Origin: Candidatus Paceibacter sp.
GTDB taxonomy: Bacteria; Patescibacteriota; Minisyncoccia; Phycocordibacterales; GCA-2747955
Direction: 5' to 3'
NCBI GenBank assembly: GCA_014237915.1
Contig: JABACC010000013.1
Location: 568-64,567, forward strand
Length of the DNA stretch: 64,000 nucleotides
Position 1 is the stretch's first letter. The number at the start of each line of letters is the position of its first letter. The translations under genes were made by a program, and so were the position numbers. Under the pieces are notes generated by a model that saw only the letters and a list, made by a program, of their open reading frames with translations, was not told the DNA's origin and did not search any database. Shown here one piece after another: positions 15,998-23,965 of this stretch.

Positions 15998-17416
15998 ATG
16001 AATTTAAATTTAGAAGATTTAGATATCCAAAAATTACATCAAAAATATAAAAGTGGGGAAGTGCAAATTTTTGAAATTATCTCTGCTTACAAAAAAAATA
16101 TAGATGAAAAAAACAAAGATTTAAATATTTTTTTATCTGTTTTTGAAGATTTAAAAGAGCAGTCAGAAAAAGCTCAAAAAATGTTTGAAGAAAAAAAAGA
16201 AACTCTTTTAACTGGAATTCCAATTGCCATAAAAGCTAATATTTTAATTTTGGGAAAAAATACAAATTGCGGATCAAAAATTTTAGAAAATTACACCGGA
16301 ACTTACAACGCATCTGTTATAAAAAAATTAAAAAAAGCCGGAGCTATTTTAATGGGTTATACAAATATGGACGAATTTGCTTGCGGGTCTTCAACTGAAA
16401 ATTCTGCATATTCACCCACAAAAAATCCATTAAATAAAGAATTTGTTCCCGGAGGAACTTCTGGTGGCTCGGCCGCTGCAGTTTCTGCAAACATGGCGCT
16501 TGTTGCTTTAGGGACAGACACGGGCGGATCTGTGCGCCAGCCAGCTTGCTACACATCTTTGGTGGGATCAAAACCAACTTACGGAAGAGTTTCAAGATTT
16601 GGAGCTGTGGCGATGGGTTCTTCTTTAGACCAAATTTCTCCGATTTCAAAAAATGTTGAAGACAATAAAATTGTTTTAGATTTTATTCAAGGAAAAGACG
16701 GAAAAGATATGACAGCGCTTGAAAAAATTAGTTTTGAAGAAAAAGTTTCTTTTAAGAAAAAAATTGGCGTTCCTAAAAATTTTTTAAAAAATGTGAATTC
16801 AGAAATTTTAAAAAATTTTGAAAATTCTGTAGAAAAATTTAAAAAAGAGGGTTTTGAAATTGTTGACATTGATTTAGATATTTTTGATTACACTTTACCA
16901 ATTTATTATATTTTAATGCCTGCTGAACTTTCGACAAACTTGGCAAGGTTTGACGGAATTCGTTATGGGCTTCAAGTTGAAGATTTTTCTAATATCACAG
17001 AAAAATATTTTAAAACAAGAGGAAAAGGTTTTGGAGAAGAAACAAAAAGAAGAATTTTGCTCGGAGCTTATGTTCTTTCAGCTGGGTATTCTGATCAATA
17101 TTACAACAAAGCAATTTCTCTTCGAGAAAAAATTAAAGAAGAATATTCTCAGAAAATTTCAGATTTAGATGGAATTATACTTCCAACCTGCCCAAATCCA
17201 CCTTTTAAATTTGGAGAAAAAACAGACGATCCGGTTTCCATGTATTTGGAAGATATTTTTACAGTTAGCTCAAATATTATTGGAAATCCTGCAATTTCTA
17301 TTCCAAATGGGAAAATTGAAAATAATTTTCAATCGGGTTTACAAATTTTAGGAGATTTTAACGAAGAAACAAAAATGTTTGAGCTTGCAAAAATAATTGA
17401 AAAAGGAGAGAATTAA
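15998..17416 (+). CDS. gatA: Glu-tRNA(Gln)/Asp-tRNA(Asn) amidotransferase subunit A
   Basis: Amidase signature GGSSGGSAAAVSA... (here GGTSGGSAAAVSANMA) with the GTDTGGSVRQPA motif. 472 aa. Confidence 0.9.
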   Translation: MNLNLEDLDIQKLHQKYKSGEVQIFEIISAYKKNIDEKNKDLNIFLSVFEDLKEQSEKAQKMFEEKKETLLTGIPIAIKANILILGKNTNCGSKILENYTGTYNASVIKKLKKAGAILMGYTNMDEFACGSSTENSAYSPTKNPLNKEFVPGGTSGGSAAAVSANMALVALGTDTGGSVRQPACYTSLVGSKPTYGRVSRFGAVAMGSSLDQISPISKNVEDNKIVLDFIQGKDGKDMTALEKISFEEKVSFKKKIGVPKNFLKNVNSEILKNFENSVEKFKKEGFEIVDIDLDIFDYTLPIYYILMPAELSTNLARFDGIRYGLQVEDFSNITEKYFKTRGKGFGEETKRRILLGAYVLSAGYSDQYYNKAISLREKIKEEYSQKISDLDGIILPTCPNPPFKFGEKTDDPVSMYLEDIFTVSSNIIGNPAISIPNGKIENNFQSGLQILGDFNEETKMFELAKIIEKGEN

Positions 17417-17424
17417 GGAAAGAA

Positions 17425-17463
17425 TTTTTTGGCGGATTTTGCGAAGCAAAATCCGCCAAAAAA
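17425..17463. repeat. Palindromic hairpin element TTTTTTGGCGGATTTTGCGAAGCAAAATCCGCCAAAAAA; identical copy near 55224
   Basis: 27-nt perfect stem-loop with T-run 5' and A-run 3'. Between gatA and serS. Confidence 0.6.
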
Positions 17464-17483
17464 TTAAAAAAAAATTATAGAAA

Positions 17484-18746
17484 ATGTTAGACATAAAATT
17501 TATTAGAGAAAATTTAGAACTTGTAAAAGCTGGAGCTAAAAAAAAACACGTGGAAGTTGATTTTGATAAACTTGTTTTTTTAGATGATCAAAGAAAAGAA
17601 ATCCAAAAAAATTTAGATAACTTAAAATCTGAACAAAATATTTTTTCTGAAAAAATTTCACAAGCAGAAACAGAGGAGCGAGAAAATTTAATAAAAGAAG
17701 TTTCTGAAATTAAAGAAAAAATTAAAAGTTTGGAAGAGAAAGAAAAACCAATTTTAGAAGAGTGGAAAAAAATAATGTTGCAAATTCCAAATGTTCCAGA
17801 CCCAACAGTTCCAGAAGGAAAATCAGATCAGGAAAATTTAGAAATAAAAACTTGGGGTGAGAAAAAAGATTTTTCTTTTTCCTTAAAATCTCATATTGAA
17901 ATTATGGAAAATTTAGATATGGTCGATTTTAAAAGAGGATCTAAAGTTCATGGTTTTCGTGGATATTATTTAAAAAATGATGGAGCCAGACTTTGCTGGG
18001 CTATTTGGAATTATGCTAATGATTTTTTTCTAAAAAAAGGTTTTGAACCGATGATAACACCCACAATCGTTAGAGAAGAAAATCTTTACGGAACAGGACA
18101 TTTACCAAACGAAGCAGAAGATACTTACAAAACTCAAGATAATGATTATTTGGCTGGAACATCTGAAGTTGCGGTAATGGCTTACTATAGAGATGAAATT
18201 ATAAATTTAGAAAATGGAGAAAAAAAATTTCTAGCCTTTTCACCTTGCTACAGAAGAGAAGCTGGATCTTACGGAAAAGATACGAAAGGTTTAATCAGAG
18301 TTCATGAATTTTTTAAATTAGAGCAGATTGTTTTATGTGAAGCTTCACATGAAAAAACAGTCCAGATACACGAACAAATTAATAGAAACACCGAAGAATT
18401 TATTGAATCTTTAGAAATTCCTTACAGAACAGTTTTAAATTGTGGTGGAGATTTGGGCTTAGGGCAAGTAAAGAAATATGACATTGAGCTTTGGGTTCCT
18501 GCAGAAAATAAATATAGAGAAATTTCTTCAGCATCTTATTTTCATGATTTTCAAACAAGAAGATTTAACATAAAATATAAAAACGAAGATGGAAAAAATA
18601 ATTTTGCACACTCTTTAAATTGCACCGCAATCCCAACTCCTAGAATTTTAGTCTCTTTAATTGAAAATTTTCAAACAGAAGATGGAAAAATAATTATTCC
18701 AAAAGTTTTACAAAAATATTTAAACGAAAAAAATATTATAGAATAG
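17484..18746 (+). CDS. serS: Seryl-tRNA synthetase
   Basis: N-terminal coiled coil. Class II motifs FSPCYRREAGSYGKDTKGLIRVHEF and GGDLGLGQ. Confidence 0.9.
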   Translation: MLDIKFIRENLELVKAGAKKKHVEVDFDKLVFLDDQRKEIQKNLDNLKSEQNIFSEKISQAETEERENLIKEVSEIKEKIKSLEEKEKPILEEWKKIMLQIPNVPDPTVPEGKSDQENLEIKTWGEKKDFSFSLKSHIEIMENLDMVDFKRGSKVHGFRGYYLKNDGARLCWAIWNYANDFFLKKGFEPMITPTIVREENLYGTGHLPNEAEDTYKTQDNDYLAGTSEVAVMAYYRDEIINLENGEKKFLAFSPCYRREAGSYGKDTKGLIRVHEFFKLEQIVLCEASHEKTVQIHEQINRNTEEFIESLEIPYRTVLNCGGDLGLGQVKKYDIELWVPAENKYREISSASYFHDFQTRRFNIKYKNEDGKNNFAHSLNCTAIPTPRILVSLIENFQTEDGKIIIPKVLQKYLNEKNIIE

Positions 18747-18794
18747 GGGATAACTTATTGTATTTTTTAAAAATTTTGTTAACATACTATTTAT

Positions 18795-19469
18795 ATGAAC
18801 TTTATCAATAATAAATATTTGAGGGAAGGAATTTATGTTTTTATAATAATTTTTCTCTTAATAAATAACTATCTTCATTTAGAAGAAGACGTTCACAAGG
18901 AAGAGCACGCGGGAATTGATGATATTTATGACGATGTTGATGAATATTATTTAAATAATCCAAAATTTGAATCTTGCGCTTACGACACTGTCAGAAATTG
19001 TCAATCAGAGCTTGTTTATGAAAGACTTTATATTGAGGAAAATATAGAAATTTGTAATGATTTTATAGACGAAAGACAAAAAGAAAGTTGTAAGGAAGAG
19101 TTTATTATTCACTTGGCAGTTTCTAGTGCTGATGAACGTATCTGTTCTGAACTTGAAGATATCACAAAAAAAGATGTTTGTTTTGAAAAAGCCGTTATTG
19201 AAAAAGGAATAGTAGATAGAGATTTTGAACAATGTGAAAAACTTGATCATTTAAGACATGATTTTTGTATAGAAGTGATTGCTGATGTTATTATCTCAGA
19301 ATCACACAATGATGAAAGTTGTTATCTTGAAAATTCTGATGCACTTGAAATTCAAGAATGTCTTGAACACAGAAAAGAAGAACGAGAAGAACTTGAATTA
19401 TGCGAACAATATGAACACGAAGAACACGATGAATGTATAATAAATACAATTCAAAGTTTTCATGATTAA
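18795..19469 (+). CDS. Secreted/anchored acidic Cys-rich repeat protein (hypothetical)
   Basis: N-terminal hydrophobic segment. Repeated E/D-rich units each carrying paired Cys: ESC..RNC, EIC..ESC, RIC..DVC, EQC..DFC, ESC..QEC, ELC..DEC. Confidence 0.55.
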   Translation: MNFINNKYLREGIYVFIIIFLLINNYLHLEEDVHKEEHAGIDDIYDDVDEYYLNNPKFESCAYDTVRNCQSELVYERLYIEENIEICNDFIDERQKESCKEEFIIHLAVSSADERICSELEDITKKDVCFEKAVIEKGIVDRDFEQCEKLDHLRHDFCIEVIADVIISESHNDESCYLENSDALEIQECLEHRKEEREELELCEQYEHEEHDECIINTIQSFHD

Positions 19470-19490
19470 TTTTGAAAAATTTTAAAAATA

Positions 19491-19527
19491 AAAAAGAGTG
19501 CGCCCCGAAGGGGCGCACTCTTTTTTT
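19491..19527. terminator. Bidirectional terminator AAAAAGAGTGCGCCCC-GAAG-GGGCGCACTCTTTTTTT
   Basis: Lies between convergent 18795..19469(+) and recR(-). Confidence 0.75.
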
Positions 19528-19551
19528 AAAATTTTTTCTAAAGCTCAAATC

Positions 19552-20151
19552 TTACTTTCGATTCTTAAAAGCCTCTTTCAAAGTTTCTTTGTCTGAGTAT
19601 TCTATTTCAGCTCCTAAAGAAATTCCACGAGCAAGTTCTTTTATATCAAAACCAAAATTTTCTCGATATGGAAATAAAATTTCTTTAATTGCGTCTTTTG
19701 TAAATTCTCCTTCAGGGGTTAATGGCAAAGCTATCGTAATTTCAAAAATTTTTCCGCTTTCAATTTTTTTAAAAAGTGATTTTAAGTTTAATTTTTCTTC
19801 TGATTTTTTTTCTGTTAACTTTAAATTTTTTCCAATTAAAAAATATTTTCCAGACCAAAGTTTTACTTTTTCAATATTTTCAAAATCAGCATTTTTTTCC
19901 AAAATTAATATTTTTCCATTTTCTCTTTTTGAATCTAAACATATATGACAATTTTTATTTTGAGATAAAAAAAATCTATTACAAGACAAACATAAAGATT
20001 TTTTTTCAGAAAAAGATGAAATTGTATTTATAAAATTTTCTATAAAATTTTTATCTTTGTAAGCTAAAAAATAAGTAAATCTTTCGGCTTGTTTTTTACC
20101 AATTCCCGGAAAAGTTGAGAAAAAATTTATTAAATCTTCTTTTTCTTTCAT
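19552..20151 (-). CDS. recR: Recombination protein RecR
   Basis: C4 zinc finger CLSCNRF..CHIC. Toprim domain ILILEKNADFENIEK. C-terminal GISLGAEIEYSDKETLKEAFKNR. Confidence 0.85.
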   Translation of the reverse strand: MKEKEDLINFFSTFPGIGKKQAERFTYFLAYKDKNFIENFINTISSFSEKKSLCLSCNRFFLSQNKNCHICLDSKRENGKILILEKNADFENIEKVKLWSGKYFLIGKNLKLTEKKSEEKLNLKSLFKKIESGKIFEITIALPLTPEGEFTKDAIKEILFPYRENFGFDIKELARGISLGAEIEYSDKETLKEAFKNRK

Positions 20152-20375
20152 TTTAAAATTTTAACACAAATAATTTAAATAAAAGTTAAATATATGAAAA
20201 TGTTTTTTAAAAATATTTCTGAAAAAATTTAAAGAGGGAAACTACATAAAAAAGGAATCACCATAATTTCTATAACTCACGAAGAAATTTACAAAAATAG
20301 GGGAACAAGACTAACTGAGCTTTCAGACGGAAAAATTATTTTAGACCAGAAAAAATAAAAAGTAAAATAAATATT

Positions 20376-20404
20376 TGACTTTTATTAAAAAATAAGTATA
20401 CTTT
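20376..20404 (+). promoter_or_regulatory. Canonical sigma70-type promoter: TTGACT, 17-nt spacer, TATACT
   Basis: Sequence ttgacttttattaaaaaataagtatact. It is followed by a ~60-nt leader carrying an AAGGA SD before the ATG at 20472. Confidence 0.45.
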
Positions 20405-20437
20405 AATCAGAGTGAAAAATGAAAATGATTAATAGTT

Positions 20438-20452
20438 GATCATTAAATGATC
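20438..20452 (+). promoter_or_regulatory. Palindrome GATCATT-A-AATGATC (candidate operator) between the promoter and RBS of the 20472 gene
   Basis: Perfect 7-1-7 inverted repeat. Confidence 0.35.
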
Positions 20453-20471
20453 TTTTAAAAAGGAAAAAAAA

Positions 20472-21098
20472 ATGAAAAATTTTTCAAAAATATCAGCGGT
20501 TATGGCTGGAATTCTAACTCTAGCAATTTCTTTGCCAGCAAACGCTGATTTTTCAGGTGGGCTCACTCTTACATATGGTTTTGTAACCGATGGAGGAGTT
20601 CAGGTTTCAAACAACCCATGCATATCCGCGTGGGCTGAAAAGAGTGTTGGTGGCAAACTGACACTTAGTGCTTGGAGCCAGAGAAGTATGCGGGGTAATT
20701 CGGAGGATGGTTGTTACGAGAATGATTTTCTTGCGACGTTTTCCCCGGATAAGAATTCTGCACTCTCACTGGGGATCTACAACATTAAAGATTTTGATAT
20801 TACTTTCGCCAAAATAGAAACCCTTAGGGGAGGCATTAAATTCAAAGTAGAATTTAATGCACCAAACAAAGGAGGTGTAAATGGATATATCTTTAAAGCC
20901 TCCAAAGATATTGGAGCAGGGTTTGAAATCTCTGGCGTGGCTGGAAGAAGATTCCTTCGAGGCGATGACTTCGCCCTTCTCTATGCCCGTTGGAGCGATC
21001 CAGAAACTGGGATTTCTGTTAAAATCAGCCAAGACTTTTTGGTCAGTGACGGTGGCAAAAAAACCACTGCCATGTTTGGAATCGCATATAAATTTTAA
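20472..21098 (+). CDS. Secreted small beta-barrel, outer-membrane-protein-like protein with a C-terminal aromatic signal (..AYKF)
   Basis: Signal peptide ending LPANA. About 8-10 amphipathic beta-strands: LTLTYGFV, KLTLSAW, ALSLGIYNI, GIKFKVEFN, ISVKISQDF, TAMFGIAYKF. Local GC (~45%) is higher than its surroundings. Confidence 0.6.
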   Translation: MKNFSKISAVMAGILTLAISLPANADFSGGLTLTYGFVTDGGVQVSNNPCISAWAEKSVGGKLTLSAWSQRSMRGNSEDGCYENDFLATFSPDKNSALSLGIYNIKDFDITFAKIETLRGGIKFKVEFNAPNKGGVNGYIFKASKDIGAGFEISGVAGRRFLRGDDFALLYARWSDPETGISVKISQDFLVSDGGKKTTAMFGIAYKF

Positions 21099-21133
21099 AT
21101 TAGTTTGAAAAAACTGATTTAAAATAAAAATTA

Positions 21134-21167
21134 ATAACCGAGGCTTTTGCCTCGGTTTTCTTTTTCT
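21134..21167. terminator. Terminator hairpin CCGAGGC-TTTT-GCCTCGG followed by a T-run
   Basis: Lies between the 20472 gene and the dnaB 3' end. Confidence 0.7.
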
Positions 21168-21180
21168 AATTTTTCTAAAT

Positions 21181-22581
21181 TTAAAATTCATCAAAATCGT
21201 TGTCAGGTTTTGAAACTTCAAAATCTGAAATTTTGTTTTTATCAATTTCAGAAAAAGAAGTTTTTTTCTCGTCAAAATAAAGTTCCACAATTCCTGTTGC
21301 CCCATTTCTGTGTTTTTCAATAATTAGTTTTACATTTGCATCAAGTCTTTTGTCTTCATCTTCTGATTTGTCACGATGAATAAAAATCACAACATCAGCG
21401 TCTTGCTCGATTGATCCAGAGTCTCGCAAATCAGCAAGTTTTGGCTGGGCATTTTCACCTCTGTGTTCAATATTTCTAGAAAGCTGAGAAAGAGCAATAA
21501 CAGGAACATCAAGCTCTTTTGCAAGCTGTTTTAAACCTCTTGAAATGTCTGTAACTTCCTGCACGGTGTTTGTATTTGGCCCTGTTCTTGTTGGTGCCAT
21601 TAGTTGAAGATAATCAACAATTATCATATCTAAATTGTGTTTTCTTTTTAGCTTTCTTGCAGCTGATTTCATTTTTAAAACATTGTTGTAAGAATTGTCG
21701 TCTATAAAAATTTTAGCTTCTGAAAGCCTTCCTATTGCGTCTGAAAGGGCGGAAAATTCTCTTCCTTCATCGTTTAAATTTCCTGTTCTTAACTTCCAAG
21801 CATCAACCCTTGCTTCAGCAGATAGAAGCCTGTCTGTTAATTGCTCTTTACTCATTTCAAGAGAAAAAAAGGCAATTGTTTTTTTGTCATCCACTGAAAC
21901 TTTTCTTGCAATATCTAGAGCAAGAGAGGTTTTTCCAACTGACGGCCTTGCTGCTAAAATTATTAAATCTGATTTTTGAAAACCGGAAAGTTTTGAATCA
22001 AGAGAGGAAAAACCAGTTGGAACACCACGCAAGCTTGAGCTTCCATCTTGAAGTTTTTCGAGTCTTTCAAAAGCATTTTTTAAAGTATCTTCAATGTGGG
22101 CAAATTCTCCAGATCCAATTTTTTGGGAAATTTCAAAAATAACTCTTTCCGCGTCATCGATGGAACTTTCTGAGTCTATTTCTTCGTTAAAACCAATGGC
22201 TGAAATTTTTTCCGAAGCTCCAATTAATTTTCTTTTTATATATTTTGCTAAAACAATTTTTGCGTAATGTTCAATATTTGCAGAAGAGGGAACTGCCTGA
22301 GTAAGCTCGGTTAAATATAAATCTCCTCCCACATTTTCAAGCTGATTTTTATCTTTTAAATTTGAAGAAAGTGTTAAAAGATCTATCGGTTCGTTTCTAG
22401 AAAATAAATCCAAAACTGATTCAAAAATTATTTTATGTTTTTCTGAGTAAAAAATTTCTGGTGATAAAATTTCCATAACTTCATAAAGCGAATCACCTTT
22501 AATTAAAACTGAACCTAAAAGAGCTTTTTCTGCGTCTATATTTTGTGGCGGTAATTTTAAATTTGAAATTTCTTCTGACAT
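21181..22581 (-). CDS. dnaB: Replicative DNA helicase DnaB (no intein)
   Basis: N-terminus LPPQNIDAEKALLGSVL. Walker A ILAARPSVGKTS. IIVDYLQLM motif. RecA-fold motifs are contiguous. Confidence 0.9.
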   Translation of the reverse strand: MSEEISNLKLPPQNIDAEKALLGSVLIKGDSLYEVMEILSPEIFYSEKHKIIFESVLDLFSRNEPIDLLTLSSNLKDKNQLENVGGDLYLTELTQAVPSSANIEHYAKIVLAKYIKRKLIGASEKISAIGFNEEIDSESSIDDAERVIFEISQKIGSGEFAHIEDTLKNAFERLEKLQDGSSSLRGVPTGFSSLDSKLSGFQKSDLIILAARPSVGKTSLALDIARKVSVDDKKTIAFFSLEMSKEQLTDRLLSAEARVDAWKLRTGNLNDEGREFSALSDAIGRLSEAKIFIDDNSYNNVLKMKSAARKLKRKHNLDMIIVDYLQLMAPTRTGPNTNTVQEVTDISRGLKQLAKELDVPVIALSQLSRNIEHRGENAQPKLADLRDSGSIEQDADVVIFIHRDKSEDEDKRLDANVKLIIEKHRNGATGIVELYFDEKKTSFSEIDKNKISDFEVSKPDNDFDEF

Positions 22582-22717
22582 GATTTTATTTTAAATAAAA
22601 AATTAAAAAAATAAAATTTTCCTTTTTGTTTTCTTTGGATAGCGCTGTGACTTTTCTGTGTATTTCTCCTAAAAACCTTATTTTTAGCTTGAGAAAAATT
22701 TTTATTATTTTTTCCTA

Positions 22718-22726
22718 TGTTATAAT
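22718..22726 (+). promoter_or_regulatory. Extended -10 box TGTTATAAT, 6 nt upstream of the ATG at 22733 (leaderless)
   Basis: Sequence cctatgttataat, then attttt, then ATG. Confidence 0.45.
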
Positions 22727-22732
22727 ATTTTT

Positions 22733-22972
22733 ATGATTCTAAAAATACACTCCTTAAATGGAATTTTATATGAAGAAAAAATAAAAAACGGAAGTGTTTA
22801 TGTTCCTGCTTTTTCTGGCGATATGGAAATTTTAGCAGGACATTCTCCAATTTTAACTTTTTTAAAAAAAGGAGATGTTGTTGTGAAAAAAGAAGATGGG
22901 GAAAAAGAAATATTTCCTGTTAATTCAGGAATTTTAGAATGCAACACAAAAGAAATTAATATATTAATTTAA
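22733..22972 (+). CDS. atpC: F-type ATPase epsilon-subunit-like protein, N-terminal beta-sandwich domain only
   Basis: FSGDMEILAGHSPILTFLKKGDVVVK...PVNSGILEC aligns to the AtpC N-terminal domain. The ORF stops before the C-terminal helical hairpin. No other atp genes nearby. Confidence 0.6.
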   Translation: MILKIHSLNGILYEEKIKNGSVYVPAFSGDMEILAGHSPILTFLKKGDVVVKKEDGEKEIFPVNSGILECNTKEINILI

Positions 22973-22983
22973 TAAAAAATAAA

Positions 22984-23235
22984 ATGTTTGGAAAAATAAA
23001 AGACAAAATAAAAGGCAAAGCTGTTGAAAAAATGATGGAAAAGCAACTGGGGAATTTACCTCCAGAGCAACAAGAATCTATAAAAAATGCTTTTTCTAAT
23101 AATCCAGAATTTTTTGAAAACATTGCTAAAGAAATTGAAGAATTAAAAAAAGCTGGAAAAGGAGAAATGGCAGCTTCAATGGAGGTAATGAGAAAACACC
23201 AAGGAGAGCTTCAGAAAATAATGATGGGAAAATAA
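22984..23235 (+). CDS. Hypothetical 83-aa helical protein, cotranscribed with the atpC-like gene
   Basis: 11 nt downstream of the atpC-like stop. No recognisable motif. Confidence 0.45.
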   Translation: MFGKIKDKIKGKAVEKMMEKQLGNLPPEQQESIKNAFSNNPEFFENIAKEIEELKKAGKGEMAASMEVMRKHQGELQKIMMGK

Positions 23236-23271
23236 TTTATATTTTTAGAAATTATTTTTTAAATAAAAAAA

Positions 23272-23306
23272 TAAAAAAAATGCCTTCGGCATTTTTTTTA
23301 TTTTTT
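23272..23306. terminator. Bidirectional terminator AAAAAAAATGCC-TTCG-GCATTTTTTTT
   Basis: Hairpin with flanking A and T runs between convergent genes. Confidence 0.7.
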
Positions 23307-23319
23307 CTATTTTTAGATT

Positions 23320-23853
23320 TTAACCTTCGTAGTATCCAGCACAGAAAATATAAGAATCAACTTTTTGACAATAAGTTGATTTATCTGCTAACTCAGCTGA
23401 TTCAGGTAAGGTAAAAACATAGTCAGTCCAAGTTCCTTCTTCTGTTGATAGAGCCAAAGCTTCTCCGAAATTAAAACCACTTATATCAACAAGTTCTGTA
23501 ATATTTGTATTTTCCAAATCTTTTCTGTTTGGGTGTGCAATAATAATTTCATTCTCCAAAGCAAAAGCATAAACTTGTCCGTCAACATAAAAACCTTGAG
23601 ATATATTTTCAATAATTTCAGAAGTAGCTACAATTTCATAGTCGCTAATAAGAGTATCTACAATAGCCAGCGCAGTTTCTTTTTGTGAAAAATCACTATG
23701 AGAATGCTCATCATTTTCTGAATTTTCATTTTCATGTCCGTGATCGTCGTTGTCATTTTCTGAGTGCATATCTTCCATTCCAGAAAAATAAAATGCTCCT
23801 AAAATAATTATTAAAATAACAATAATTATGGATATATTTTTTTTTGAATTCAT
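23320..23853 (-). CDS. Membrane-anchored extracytoplasmic protein with a His/Asp/Glu/Asn-rich region and a single Cache-like domain
   Basis: N-terminal TM helix. HSENDNDDHGHENENSENDEHSHSD region. C-terminal IIIAHPNRKDLENTNITELVD...GTWTDYVF...YIFCAGYY resembles a Cache domain. Confidence 0.5.
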   Translation of the reverse strand: MNSKKNISIIIVILIIILGAFYFSGMEDMHSENDNDDHGHENENSENDEHSHSDFSQKETALAIVDTLISDYEIVATSEIIENISQGFYVDGQVYAFALENEIIIAHPNRKDLENTNITELVDISGFNFGEALALSTEEGTWTDYVFTLPESAELADKSTYCQKVDSYIFCAGYYEG

Positions 23854-23950
23854 TTTTTTTAATTTAATTTTTAATTTTTAATATCATAATCTTTCACGAT
23901 ATTAAGCATATTTTAATATTTATAAAAATAAATACAAAGTTTTTTTTATT

Positions 23951-23959
23951 TGTTATAAT
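23951..23959 (+). promoter_or_regulatory. Extended -10 box TGTTATAAT, 6 nt upstream of the gltX ATG (leaderless)
   Basis: Sequence tttgttataat, then ttaaaa, then ATG. Confidence 0.45.
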
Positions 23960-23965
23960 TTAAAA

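Noticed and set aside
19472-20033. Plus-strand ORFs antisense to recR
   Set aside because: recR is strongly supported on the minus strand. These are poly-Phe/Lys shadow frames.
21181-22581. Possible intein in DnaB
   Set aside because: Protein is 466 aa with contiguous helicase motifs. No insertion.
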